Below, piece after piece: positions 52,270-64,000 of a stretch of 64,000 nucleotides of DNA. The notes under the pieces were generated by a model. It saw nothing but the letters and a program-made list of their open reading frames with translations, was not told where the DNA came from and ran no database searches. How positions within the stretch are numbered: the stretch's first letter is position 1; each line of letters starts with the position of its first letter. This stretch comes from Lepidodermella squamata (taxonomy: Eukaryota; Animalia; Gastrotricha): the NCBI GenBank assembly GCA_047495785.1, contig JBLDXI010000003.1, positions 4,464,001 through 4,528,000 on the forward strand, written 5' to 3'. The translations under genes were made by a program, and so were the position numbers.

Positions 52270-53533
52270 ATGCACTACCTGCTAGTACTATTCTTCTGCA
52301 TCGGCTGTTCGGTGGGCGATGACTTTTCGCCACCGGATGATCGGCTGAGGAATTACCTTATAAGCGAATGTTCCGTTCTATCTCAGTCCAGGCCCGTCGA
52401 GAAGTTTGACGATCCTGCCCAAGTTTTTGTTGCGCTGTTGCCATATCGTTTCCAAGAACTTGAAGATCGCGAACAACGATTCAAACTCATAGCCGAGCTT
52501 GATTTGTATTGGCAACATCCTTGCGCAAGCTGGGATCCATCTGAGTGGCAAAATGTCAGCGAAGTATCTTTCAACGCGCGAGAAACATGGGTACCCATAG
52601 TTCAGCATGTGAACGCTGACTCGGAAATGGAACTGAACCAGTAAAAGGCTTGAAATTGTTTGCAGGAAAGCTGTACATATTTCCATTTAATTTTACAGCT
52701 TGCTCGAGGCTGGCTCGATATATTTGTCGAGTGCTGGCCGGTTCTTTCTGCCTACAACCGCGAGTCTGGACTCATTCTGCGAATCCAAGTATAATTATTA
52801 TCGCATATATTCATAATTTTTCATTTATTCATCCTCATATAGGCTGACAAAGTTTCCTTTTGACTCTTTGCGATGTTCGCTGCAATTCGAACCTTACCAG
52901 CCTTCGGACTTTGTTCAATTAGTAATGCTTAAGGGTGGTAATGAAACAACGGAAGTTCACTCTGACGACAACCGCCTCTTTATCAGCGATGGGGAACTGT
53001 GGAATTTAATTAACATCACGGGCAGCGTCCACCTTATTCACTACGGAAACGATATTTTGGGGGACAAGTACACACGAACTGTGTTCATTTTTGAGCTATC
53101 TCGACGATCGAACAGTTATGCATTCAGCATATTCGTGCCATGCTTTTGCTTGATGGCTGTATTGTTCGCTGCAGGTCTTCTTCCTGCTAAGCATCCAGAC
53201 AGACCGGTCTTCTGCATCACAGTGGTTTTGGCGTATTCGTTCATTCAAAGCACTGTCAATCAGTTGATTCCGAATTCAAACGAGACCGCTTACGTCGTAA
53301 TGTTTTTATCTTTTCAGCTTGGAGTTAGCTCGCTTTGCACCATCTACGCAATGTGGTCTTGTCACTTCTCGAAAACGAAGGACGCTTATAAATTAGTTAC
53401 ATTCGAATTCAAGACGCTTAATATTCAATTTCGTCTCTGCAAAATTAATGCCATGGATTTTGGGTTCTTCTCTGTGGTTTTCCTACTAACGTGTGTAATC
53501 GACTTGATTTTGTTGATACTCATCATAATTTAG
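52270..53533 (+). CDS. Divergent Cys-loop ligand-gated ion channel subunit 2 (tandem paralog)
   Basis: Same intron positions as the upstream copy; Cys-loop CESKLTKFPFDSLRC; four TM segments. Confidence 0.88.
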
Positions 53534-54959
53534 CTAATTTCATAATTTCAATATCCGCAAATAATTTCACTGAACCTCTTCATATCTAATGAAATCTCCG
53601 TAACTGCATTGCTGTTGATTTGAAAAGAGTCACATTTTAATTTTTGAATAACTGGAATCCGGAACATCAATTCCCCAATAATCCAATTATGCAATTCCCC
53701 TGATAAATTTAAATCCAGAACAATAGCGACGACGAAGCCTAGATAGGCAAAGTATATTGCTGAATAAAAATGAGTCATTTGAGTGCTTTGAGTGCTCCAC
53801 TGTCCCGCGATAATTCAACTCTCTATGGTATGCTGATTGGGTTTCACATGGGAGTACATTAAGCGCCCCATATGATTACGGTTAATTTGTCATTGTCGAC
53901 GTAAAATTCAGCACAGATGCCAAAAAACCGGTACTCTAGTGGGTAACATTTGGCAGAAGGGTAAAAAACGAACGATGCTATAATTTCGATACATTTTATT
54001 TCATTCTCAGCTTTCTTTTCAAGTAGAAACAATGTTATAAGTTTTTGTTATCATAATTATCATTTTTTAGAAAACGAATGCTTTTGGCCTCATCATTTGA
54101 CATCATCGTCGTCTCGCCTTGATAGAATATAGCTACAATATTATTACTATTCGTAGAGAGTGATTTGTACAACAACGAGTTTCATCAGTAAAAAGAAAAA
54201 AAGAAGAAATGAAACAACTCTCGTCGCGGCTTTCTCGACTTGAGGTTGGCAACAAATCAGAATCGAGAAGGCCGCAATCATACCATGGCTGACGAATAGA
54301 AATTTTCAACGCGTCGTTGTGCGATTGTGGCGAGTGATGAGAAAGAAGGCCACCGTTGCGCGACTAGATCGAGTAAAAAACAGAAACGCGTTGTTTTTCT
54401 CCTCTCAGATATTGTTCGGACAATCGTAGTCAGATTGATCTATATATTAATAATTGCGAGATTAGAACAGCTCAGCTACGCGAGAAGAAGCAGACCGATT
54501 CGGAATAATGGCGCTCTGCGGAAAGTTCTTTCGAAGTTCATTCAGTTGACAACAAACGAAAAAATTGGCAATAAAACAACGTTCAAGGCAGCCCTGTGCA
54601 GATCCATTCTTTCCAATAAAGTAATCAGAACAAACACAACAGCTAGAAGTTAGGATGGGGCACGACACGGTAAAAGAAATAATTCATATAGCATCAGGTA
54701 GAAAACGCACATGAGAGAAATTATTGAATTTTTCCATAAGAGGATGAACAATCATATAGTAGAGCGAAAAGGCGCGTAAAAAATCATTGTTATATCGAAT
54801 TATTAAAACAGGTATCTTAAAACAAATAAAATCGTTTTTGAGCCAATTTTTGTTGAAGCCGAGAAGGTAGTAGGATTAAAGAAGGAGGAGGAGTAGGATG
54901 GAGCTTCTTGACATGTCTGTATTTACACCGTCCAACAATTGTTCATCAGCTGAAATTCA

Positions 54960-57900
54960 TCACGCGCTCGGGTACTGCTCGAACGCGCTCAGGTAGTCGA
55001 TGGCGGCGCGGTAGCAAAAGGCGTACTGCTCCTCCGTCTGCACCATGAGAGGGCGCTGCGTTCGCAGGGTGCGCACCGTGTTGAAGATGTCGGCGACGCC
55101 ATCGAAGCGCATCTGGTCGAGCAGGATGGAGAGCGCGAGGAAGACGCCGGTGCGGCCCACGCCCGACGAGCAGTGCACCGTGATGGGCCCGTCCTGGCCG
55201 AACTGCTCCTTCGTCTTGTGCACCTGGCCGATGAAGTCGATGAAGGCGTCGCCCGCGCGCGGCGTGCCCTGCTCCGGCCAGTCGACGAAGTGGAACTGCC
55301 GGATGGTGCGCGAGTGCCCGTCCCGCGCGTCCGTGATCTTGAACTCGCGCAGCACGTACTGCGTCATGTTGTACTCGGAGAGCGGCTCGACGGCAAAGTA
55401 CTGGAAGCGCGTCGGACGGTCGGTCGGCCAGTACAGGTGGCACCGTTCGTGGCCCATCTCGCGCAACTTGGTCAGCATGACGACGATGGTCGAGTTTTGC
55501 TCCCACAACATGCGCCAGAAGTCGTCGGTCGTCTCGGCCAGCGGCGCCTGGGACGCGATGTACGCCCGCCGCTGTCGGTACCCGTCGACGTAACTCGCGT
55601 TGACGTAGTCGGACCCATCGACGCCGCGGATCGGCTGCAGTTTCACCCGGGTGCTGTCGTAAGGCAGAATGTTCGCCAGACGATTCTTGAATTTGTTCAC
55701 CATTTGCGATGCGGCGGTGTACCGCAGCGCCGAGACCGCGCGTTGAGCCGACGAGGAGAGGTGCGTGAGTTTCTTGAACTCGAGCTCGATCGAAGTCATC
55801 GTGCCGTCGCTGAGCGACATCGGCTGGATGAGTTTTGAGAAGTGCCCGATGAGGTTGCGCACCGGCACCTCGGTCGCGCCGGTCTGCGCCGCCTCGAGCA
55901 GCGCGTCGTAGATGAAAATGTACTGCTCTTCCGTCTGCACCATCGAGTTGCGCTGGGAGCGCATCTGCAGCACGTGGCCGTAGATGTCGACGGTCTGCTC
56001 GGCTCGGATGCGCTCGAGCTGCGCGTCGATCACGACGTACGCGCCTGTCCGGCCGACACCGGCGCTGCAGTGCACAACGAGGGGCCCGGCGGCTTCGGCC
56101 GGTGGCGTCAGGATGCCAGGAGGCGACGAATTGCCGCCATTCGCCAGCATTTGCGCGAGCGGAGTCGTTGCGGCTCGCACTCTCCGGATGAAATAGATCA
56201 GATGCAACGGGTGCTCAGGCACGCCGTGGTCCGGCCATGCCGTGAACTGAAAGTGCTTCACCTCGCGGCGTTCAGCAGAGCCACGCTAGACAAAAACATG
56301 AGAGTTAACATGGTTTTCCGATAAGTGAGCATCGGTAAAATCCTCCTTATAACGACATAGTGATTTGCACAGCTAAAATTGAGGCCCCAGCACTTTACTT
56401 GAGCTAGTTTGTACATATAAAAATCTTGTAGCTGGCTTCCTAAACTACTGTTATTGAAAATCCGCAATTTGATTACATGGCACACTCCTCAAAAATCCTA
56501 ATTTGTTTGAATTCAAGCAGCAACTTACATATGAAATGTGGAAGGTACGGAGGGTGTAGTGGGCGAATTCGATGACGTCGACGAGGGAGACTTGCATCAA
56601 GTCGTAGATCTCGGTGCCGCGACTCGGCCAGTACTGGTCGCACTTCGCGACCCCGCGCTCCTCCAGCTTCGTCATCATGACAACGGCCGGGCATCGCTGT
56701 TCCCAGACCATGCGCCAGAAATCACCGAAAGTCTCCGGCAGGGGGCCTTGCGTCGCGATGTACGCGTGCCGCCGCCGATATCCATCTATGTAATTCGCAT
56801 TGATGTAATCAGAGCCGGGTAGGCCCTCGATCGCGTTCAGCTTCACGCGAGAGTGGTCGAAGGCGATGATATTGGCGAACCGGTTCTTCGGCTTGTTGTA
56901 CTCGTGAGTTGAGTGGTGGAAGTCGTAGTTCGGCCGCTCGAGCGACTCGAATTCGGCCGAAAATTTGGCGTTGTCGTTTGCCTTCAACCGCTCGACCGCA
57001 TCAGCAAGTTGATGCGTCGGAATCGCCGGATGAAGGGGTGAAACGCCCGGTGTCGCCACCACCGTCGACATGCTCACCTGCGGGGCATGACCGTTGCCCA
57101 TGACTGCATGGCCGTTGCTCATCGTGGCATTCGTCGCACTCACCGTCGTTGAGAAGGCCGCAGCTGCGGTCGTCAGATGACCCGACGAAGTCGTCACAAT
57201 CGTAGCTTGAGCTGTTGTTATCGCTACGACTGGCGGTGGAGTCGGCGCCTGGACAGACGGCGGTGTCACTTTGCCACTCCCAGCTAAATTACCACTGATT
57301 GACCCGTTGATGGAGCCGTTTCCGTTCTCTTTGATGCTAGTCATCGTCGTGTTGTTCGTCATCGACGAACTAGTGTTGATCATTGTGAAGGAAGGCGCTG
57401 AAATTGCGGCCGAGCCGTTCACTCGAGGTGGGTTTGGCTGGGTCGGCGTCGTCGCGGTTGTCGTAGTTTCTGGAATCATCAACCGGTGCGTCATCGTCGA
57501 ATTGTTGTTGTTGTTACTATTAGGCTGGGTTAGAGTGAAGCTGTGAGCAGCCATGCCATTGCCAGCATGCGGCATCTGGTCCATTTCTTGATGCTGCAGG
57601 AGTGGGGTCGGGTCAGGGACTTTGTCCTTCTGATAGGCACGACGTCTGTAAAATAAATAACCACAATTTGAAATTGATATCAAAATAAATGAAATCGCAA
57701 GGTTGTAATTAAAGCCAGTATGACAATGACGAAAAGCTAAAATAATAATGTTACTCGATTGAATAATAATAAAGCGAAATGCCTCTGCTGGCTAAGGGAT
57801 GGATCTGGTTCTAGAAGAGGCTTCAACGGATGACAATATTGAGCAGCAGTACTCGACGGCTCTCCTGTGAAAAGCCGCCGGCAAAGCAGGAAATGTAAGC

Positions 57901-60900
57901 GATAGAACGAAATAGATATATATTTTACGGTAACGTATAAAACACTGTCAGCTAGTCTGAGTTTCTACGAAAAATGCTAGCGAACAGCTGCGTTCGCCTT
58001 CCGCCAACACTGGTAATCTCTCTTCAATCGAAAGTAGGATTAATAGGCAACGAAACAGCACACAACATGAAAGGCGGGAATACGTCAGTAAGGGACTCGG
58101 CAATAACATATCAAATGATAAGTAGGTAGGCAAAAACTCATGTCAAGGACTGTTTAGAGACCTGTTAACGGCGTTAGCAGCGGCGTAATTTTTCGGCGCT
58201 TTCTCAAGGCGTCTACGACTCCTGTATGGTGCCAAAGTATTTCGATAAAGTGTGATGAAATTATCAACAAAAATGATGATAGTGCAAGGCAAATGAAATC
58301 AAATTCTAGTTGCTCAGTGATTTTTTGATTATAGGCCAATTTAAGAGGATGAACATACCTAATGAAGCAGAGAATGAGAACGAGGACGATAAGGATGATA
58401 ATAGCGGCAATGCCTGGGCCAAGAATCCACGGCAACTTCGCCACGAGTTCGTTCGGTACCGGTGTCCCAGTGACTGTGAGCGCCAAAACACCCTCTGTCG
58501 TGAACGGTTCAGACCAGTCCGTCGATTCTTCAAATCGAGTCTGGGTGTAGCCTGGAAAGGTGATGGCACGGACAAAAACACGGTACTGCTTGTCCCGTTG
58601 CAGTCGACGGTTTGCGTAACCATTGTAAACTCGCCCATCACCGACAATGAATTCGATAGGCAAGCTCGACCTGCTGAAATTTGCAGCGGCGTAGACCAAC
58701 GGTGAAGGGTCCTCCGGCCGGTAGTCGTTAGGCTGCCGTAGGCCGGGTGTTACTTCGCCCACAAAGATGATGTACTCGGCAATGGGCCCGTTAGCCTCTG
58801 AGAAGTTAGCGAGGCGGGCTACAACCGGAGCAGCATCCCCGCCAGTGATGATGGTTGGTGGCCGTGATGGCTTGGGCGGTGACTCGTAGTCAGTCCGGGC
58901 CCACACGCTAAAAGGCGTCCCAAGCATGTTGTCGGTCTCCTTAAGTTGAAACGTGAACGTGTAGTTGGTGTTCGGTTTCAGTTCGGTGAAGCGGTACTGC
59001 GGCACTGTAATGCCCTCCAGCGTTGCGAATCGTGGACCGTCCGTCAGGTTTTGTAGCACGTTGTTTTCGAGGTAGCTTCTATGACCCTGGTAGCGGATCT
59101 ACATAAAACAAAAATTGCATTAACATCGCATTCTAATCTTCCTGTCAAGTCTGCAATGACCGAAACGTATGAAAACCACGATACCGCCAGATTCAGGAAG
59201 GCGAGTGATGGTCATACGTATAGTAAAAACGTATAAAAGCGGCGCAAGTCAAAACGAACAAAACGGACGCAACGGATTACGAAAATAAAAAACGAGACAA
59301 CGAAAAGCGTCAGGTTTCTTTTTTTTATATCGGCCTATATAAAAAAAATTATCAGCCCTTCTAAACAGATAACCGAAACCCGTCCGAGGATTTTTTCATT
59401 ATAATCAATCAGGATTATAGAAATCTATCTCCACTCAGCTAACGAGCGGATATCCTTCAAACAGATAACCGAGTTTTTAGCTATCTATATGTTAATTTGA
59501 AGGGTTTTTCGGGCTTTGGGTAATCATTTTTTACGTGTCAACTGCTAGTTTCAGCGTCGACATGTCAGACAAAGCAAGAAATCAAGTGAAGCACATCGAT
59601 AATTATCATCAGCCGTCTGAGTGAAAAGCGCCAGTGCGAGTTGACAAGACAACATAAATGATAGCCAACTAGCCGTAAGAAATTGTGCTTATGAAATTTT
59701 AGTAGTTTCATTTACCATCGCGTTATATTTAGTCTGCCGATTCTGTATACAGAGGAACAATAATAATATTGCAACAGTAGAAGAAATGTGCGTATTTAAA
59801 GGGTGACATCAGATATCAGTCAATTTGCAACAGTTCAAAAATTGCCGTTCTTCAAGTATCAATTTGAAACTGAAATCAATCATGAATGTGTTTGTGTGCG
59901 TTTTGAAATCAAATAGCCACTATCGATTGCTCCGCTAAATTGCAGTATATTTTTGTCATTCTATGGTCATGCGGCACTTGAGAAAGTTTGGTGGTACACA
60001 AGTAAAAGCTATGCTATTTAGTTTTAGAAAATATTTAGTACGTTGTGCGTGGCAATGATAATAATAATAATAATCTTATTATTGTTATTGGGGTGGTATT
60101 TATTGGCCCGATTCGCTTTAATTTTTTATGAGCGTCGCTGGAGGAGGAAACAAACCTGTGTGTTGGAAGGATCAGACACACGTTCCCACGACACAACAAC
60201 CGCACGAGAGCCTTGAGCAACAGCTTTCAAGCCATGAACAACAGCATTTCGAATTTCTAGGAGAAAAAAAATACAATCATAACGGCTACTTGAAGATGAT
60301 CAGAGTGAACCGACCAGCTGATGGTAGTTTGGGTTCCCGCTTGACAACACTCCGGTCGATCTCGCGGTTATTAGCTCCATAGGCAGCAGCGACAACGGCA
60401 TAGGTATCATTGGCGTTGACTGAAAAATTGAGAGAATATTCACATTAATAAATGACAATGATGGAACAGGACAATTACCCAGTATCAAAATAGTAATTGA
60501 GGTAGAAAATAAGCCGATTTTACAAAACATTTGGCGCCAAGTGAAAAAAGGTTCGATACAAAATTACGCCACCATAATTTAGCAACTATTTACGGGACGA
60601 ATGTCGCAGCAAATGATTATCAGATAAAATGTACGAGCAAATAAAAATAACTAGCAAATAAAAAGACGCTTGCTCTGGAGGCAAATAGGGCTGACAGATG
60701 ATTGTGATGCCAATGCTATTATCAGGAGGAGCGGAAATCGGAACCGAGATTGACTCGAAAATAAAAGAGTCTAATGTGCGCGTGTATAGGTATTGGGTAG
60801 AATCTACGTCTCGAATCGAAATTGACTATTAGAAGTATATAAATCGCGAGCGCGTTGTGTATAGTAAATACGTTGGCTGTGTGCTGTCGGGCGCGCGTGT

Positions 60901-63737
60901 GTTTATACGAAACTACGAAGCTTGCTTATTAACGAGCGAAAAATATACGTAGACGGGAGCGAATCGCGTCGTCGCCATCCTCGTCCTACGATGGTGTTTG
61001 AGCAGGCTTTAATCGATCGAAATCGCCATGCTCGTCGCCGTCGTGGCAGGTGCACTCAGGCCTTTATTACACACGCGGATAAGCGTTGTGTCCAAGGTAT
61101 AATGATGCCAATGCGCTTATTATTATTTACAGCAGCGCGCGGAAACGAGAAGAAGCGAGCGCGATTGTAAGTGTAGGGAGCGACGACGAGTGCCGCCGAT
61201 CTTCTTCGTCTCTTTTCGCCCCAAAAACAACCCGCCAGCCAGCAAAACATGCGCTTATATTCTTTCATATACCACCCGAATCGTCCCATCATCGTTATCG
61301 TATTGATAAATCATTTGCGTGAATTATTCACAAGTCACGCCAACAAGCGCCGCCGCAAATGACAATTAGCCGCGCAGGGAGCTGCGTGTCGCAATCGATA
61401 AAGCCAAGTAGTTTTTCCGCCCCATATTTAGAAAGAATCGAGGGCAACTTACCCAGCAACGTAATTTGATTGACCGAACGGTCGGGCACAACGTGCGCTT
61501 TCCATTCGGCTTCCTCGCGGCGGTCCGCCAACTCAGAGTCGCCGATGTACAGGATCTTGTAGTATTCGACATTCATGTCCTGGCTGAGCGCGTTCCACGA
61601 AACCGTTAAACGAGTTTTGTCAGACGGATTACGAGCAAGTTCGATGGGTTCCAGAAGACCCATGGAAGAAACGCGGAAGACGTGTTTGTCCGACCACTCA
61701 GAGAGGCCGGCTGAGTTAGCAGCTGCGACTGAGACGGCAAGGGTGAGCACAGCCGAGTTCGTCTCGTTGACGATGATGTCCACGGCGGGAACGGTGTAAT
61801 TTCCGTCCTCGCGCATGAACTCGTACTTGCCGTCGGGCAGTTTGCGGAAGATGCGGATTCGGTAGAACACGATGGCACCGTTCTGGGTCGATGGCGGTGG
61901 CGGCTGCCAGCTGATTCGAATCTGCGTCCGGTTCACATACTGGTGCGTGATATTCTGCGGCGCTGCGGTCGGACGCTCCTCGGGCGTCGACACAGTTGCG
62001 ACCGCCGACGCTGAGTTGCCATTCGCGTTGAAAGCGACAAGATCGAACCGATATTCCGCGCCTTTGGCAAAATCGCGAAGTGGCAAATCCAACTTAACAT
62101 CGTTCGGCGACAATGTTCGAGGCGACCCCGGAGCACCAGTCATGTTATTCCACGCCTTGTTCCATCGACCATAGGTCAGCGTGTATCCTTCAATGCCGAG
62201 CTGCCAGGAGGGCGCCCCATATGGCAAGTTCGGCCGCTCCCAGGTTATTGAGATCGACCTCTCCGCCTCGACAACTTTGGCATTGAAGTTGACCGGGGCG
62301 CTCGGGGGCCGACCATGAACTTTGACGGTACTAGGTGCTGACCATGCGCCATCGCCAACCGACGTGAACGCCTTCACTCGTACTTGGTACTCGGTGTCAG
62401 CGGCCATACTCGGGATGGTAATCTCCGTGTTTTCGGTAGTCAGCTCTTTCGCGTCGTTTGTCCTCAAGCTGGTCAGTTCAACACGGTAGTAGGTGATAGT
62501 GCCCTTCGGATCACGCGGCGGGCTCCACATCACGTGAATGGTGTTGTCCTTCACGTTCATTCTGATGTTCTCCGGAGAAGAGGGAACTGAAATGATAATG
62601 AAAACAAGCAATGAATAATCATGCGAGAATCATGTTGATCGACGGTTCGGCTACTCGTGTTAATAATCATGGAATTGATACAGTTCAAATGACTAATCAT
62701 ACACTGCTACGCACAGAAAGAATGCTATTCGTACATTTTTCAAATTGTGACACTTGGTTCAGAGTCTATTACCTATAAATACTTTCAGCACATCTTAATA
62801 TAATTGCCGCATTTTGGATGGACTTCGTTCATTTTAAATGTAAACCTCCCGCATAAAGCCCGTCCCTTAATTGCGAAGGTGAAGTGGTAAACAGATGTCC
62901 ATGAAATGGTAAACCCAAGGTAAATGTTTGTGAATATTTCGCCCCATGTTCACTATTTTTCGAATTAATGAGAAATCTTCCCCACTGAGGTTACTGAAGT
63001 TTCCATAACACGGCAATCTGACTTTAAAGATCTAACAACAAAGCAGGGCTGCATCAACCATTAGCTTTCACCTTCATTTAGCCTGTAAATTATTGCACAT
63101 TCTGACGAGAATGGAAACCAAAGAAACACATTAAATTCATGTCGGCTAAATAATGTACGAATTGCAGTCTTCTGGGTAACCCTTGCGAATGATTAGCATC
63201 AACTAATTGATTGCTTGTGCGTTTAATAAATGAAAGAAGAAAGCAAGCAAAATAGAGTTAGAAGCTAAACAGTAACAGGAAAGAAATCTAGAGTAACGGC
63301 ACAACAATGAAAGCAATCAAAATGTTTGTGGGGACTCGGGGTTAGTAGTGTGAGTAGAAGTCGTGATTGATGATGATTGAACTTACTGCCCTCGGACGTC
63401 CGCACAGAAACGGGTGCCGAGGCGGGTCCAGCCCCGGCAGCGTTGTTACCACGCATCCACACGTAGTATTCAGTGAAGTACATCAGCCCACCATCGATTC
63501 GGAAACTCGTAGCGCTTGGATCTCGGATTTCGACTGAGCGAGTAGGAGGTTGCTCGCTTAGAACTGGTTTGCCGGCAGCGTCGCGTTCGAACGGCTCGTC
63601 TGCCAGGGTCCAGAATAGCGTGTACGATGTCAGGTTGCCATTCGCTTCTTTCGCGCCGATCGTGCTCCACACGACGTCGATCTTGGCCTCCTTGGGCACC
63701 GCCTGGGCGCTAAGACCACTTGGAGCAGCGGAAGGTT
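54960..63737 (-). CDS. Lar: LAR-family (type IIa) receptor tyrosine phosphatase, 3' portion (FN3 repeats, TM, D1, D2); the gene continues beyond the window end
   Basis: FN3 repeats; [25 protein letters not shown]; D1 [16 protein letters not shown]; D2 [16 protein letters not shown]; exons near 60417-60315 and 60257-60156 read in frame by manual splicing. Confidence 0.95.
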
Positions 63738-64000
63738 CTAAATTGCACAACGACCAAACGCGAGCGAAGAGAAATTAAAGACAACATTTAGAGTCAAGTC
63801 CAGCAAGCGGCGAAGGTCGGTTTCAGGATGATTTCAGTGTAGGTAAGTACAATTCTCTAGGTTACGTGACTTCGAAGGGGTGGCGTGGTGGTCCGTAATA
63901 ATGGTATAATAAGCAAATCCCAAAAAACATTTAAACATAAAGCGCTAGATTTTCAATGATTCAGAAAATCAATTTTCGACAATCTAAAGGCTCCACTACA

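Noticed and set aside
55045-56324. Long plus-strand ORFs (182, 221, 160 aa)
   Set aside because: Antisense shadows of the GC3-rich PTP exons; no independent domain signal.
59595-59620. Possible LAR microexon TADDNYR completing an FN3 strand
   Set aside because: The nearest GT donor gives 22 nt, which breaks the frame; not supportable without reads.
1-64000. Prokaryotic systems (CRISPR, defence islands), tRNA/rRNA genes
   Set aside because: The sequence is spliceosomal-intron-containing animal DNA; no repeat-spacer array or structured RNA gene was recognisable by eye.

Overview
Eukaryotic (metazoan, probably invertebrate) genomic DNA from a compact genome with short introns (mostly ~50-70 nt, GT-AG) and no visible CpG depletion. 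Genes in order: RPL7A; a GPI-anchored Cu/Zn-SOD-like protein lacking catalytic residues; INTS8; RNF11; a TA-flanked MITE; a secreted 4xCUB+F5/8C protein head-to-head with a secreted hevein(CBM18)-domain/inactive trypsin-fold fusion; a 144-aa single-pass membrane protein reconstructed from three exons (only the last is in the ORF track); CWC27; SZT2; FZR1/Cdh1; a LINE reverse-transcriptase remnant; SSBP/Ssdp; a GT7 beta-1,4-glycosyltransferase; a P450 with an aberrant I-helix; two tandem divergent Cys-loop channel subunits; and the 3' part of a LAR-type receptor PTP. Best leads: (1) the hevein-pseudoprotease and its CUB-discoidin neighbour as a candidate chitin-sensing module, (2) operon-like gene packing suggestive of trans-splicing, (3) several pseudo- or non-canonical enzymes and receptors, (4) candidate phosphatase-less LAR isoforms. 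All assignments come from reading the sequence and from remembered family motifs; no database searches were run.
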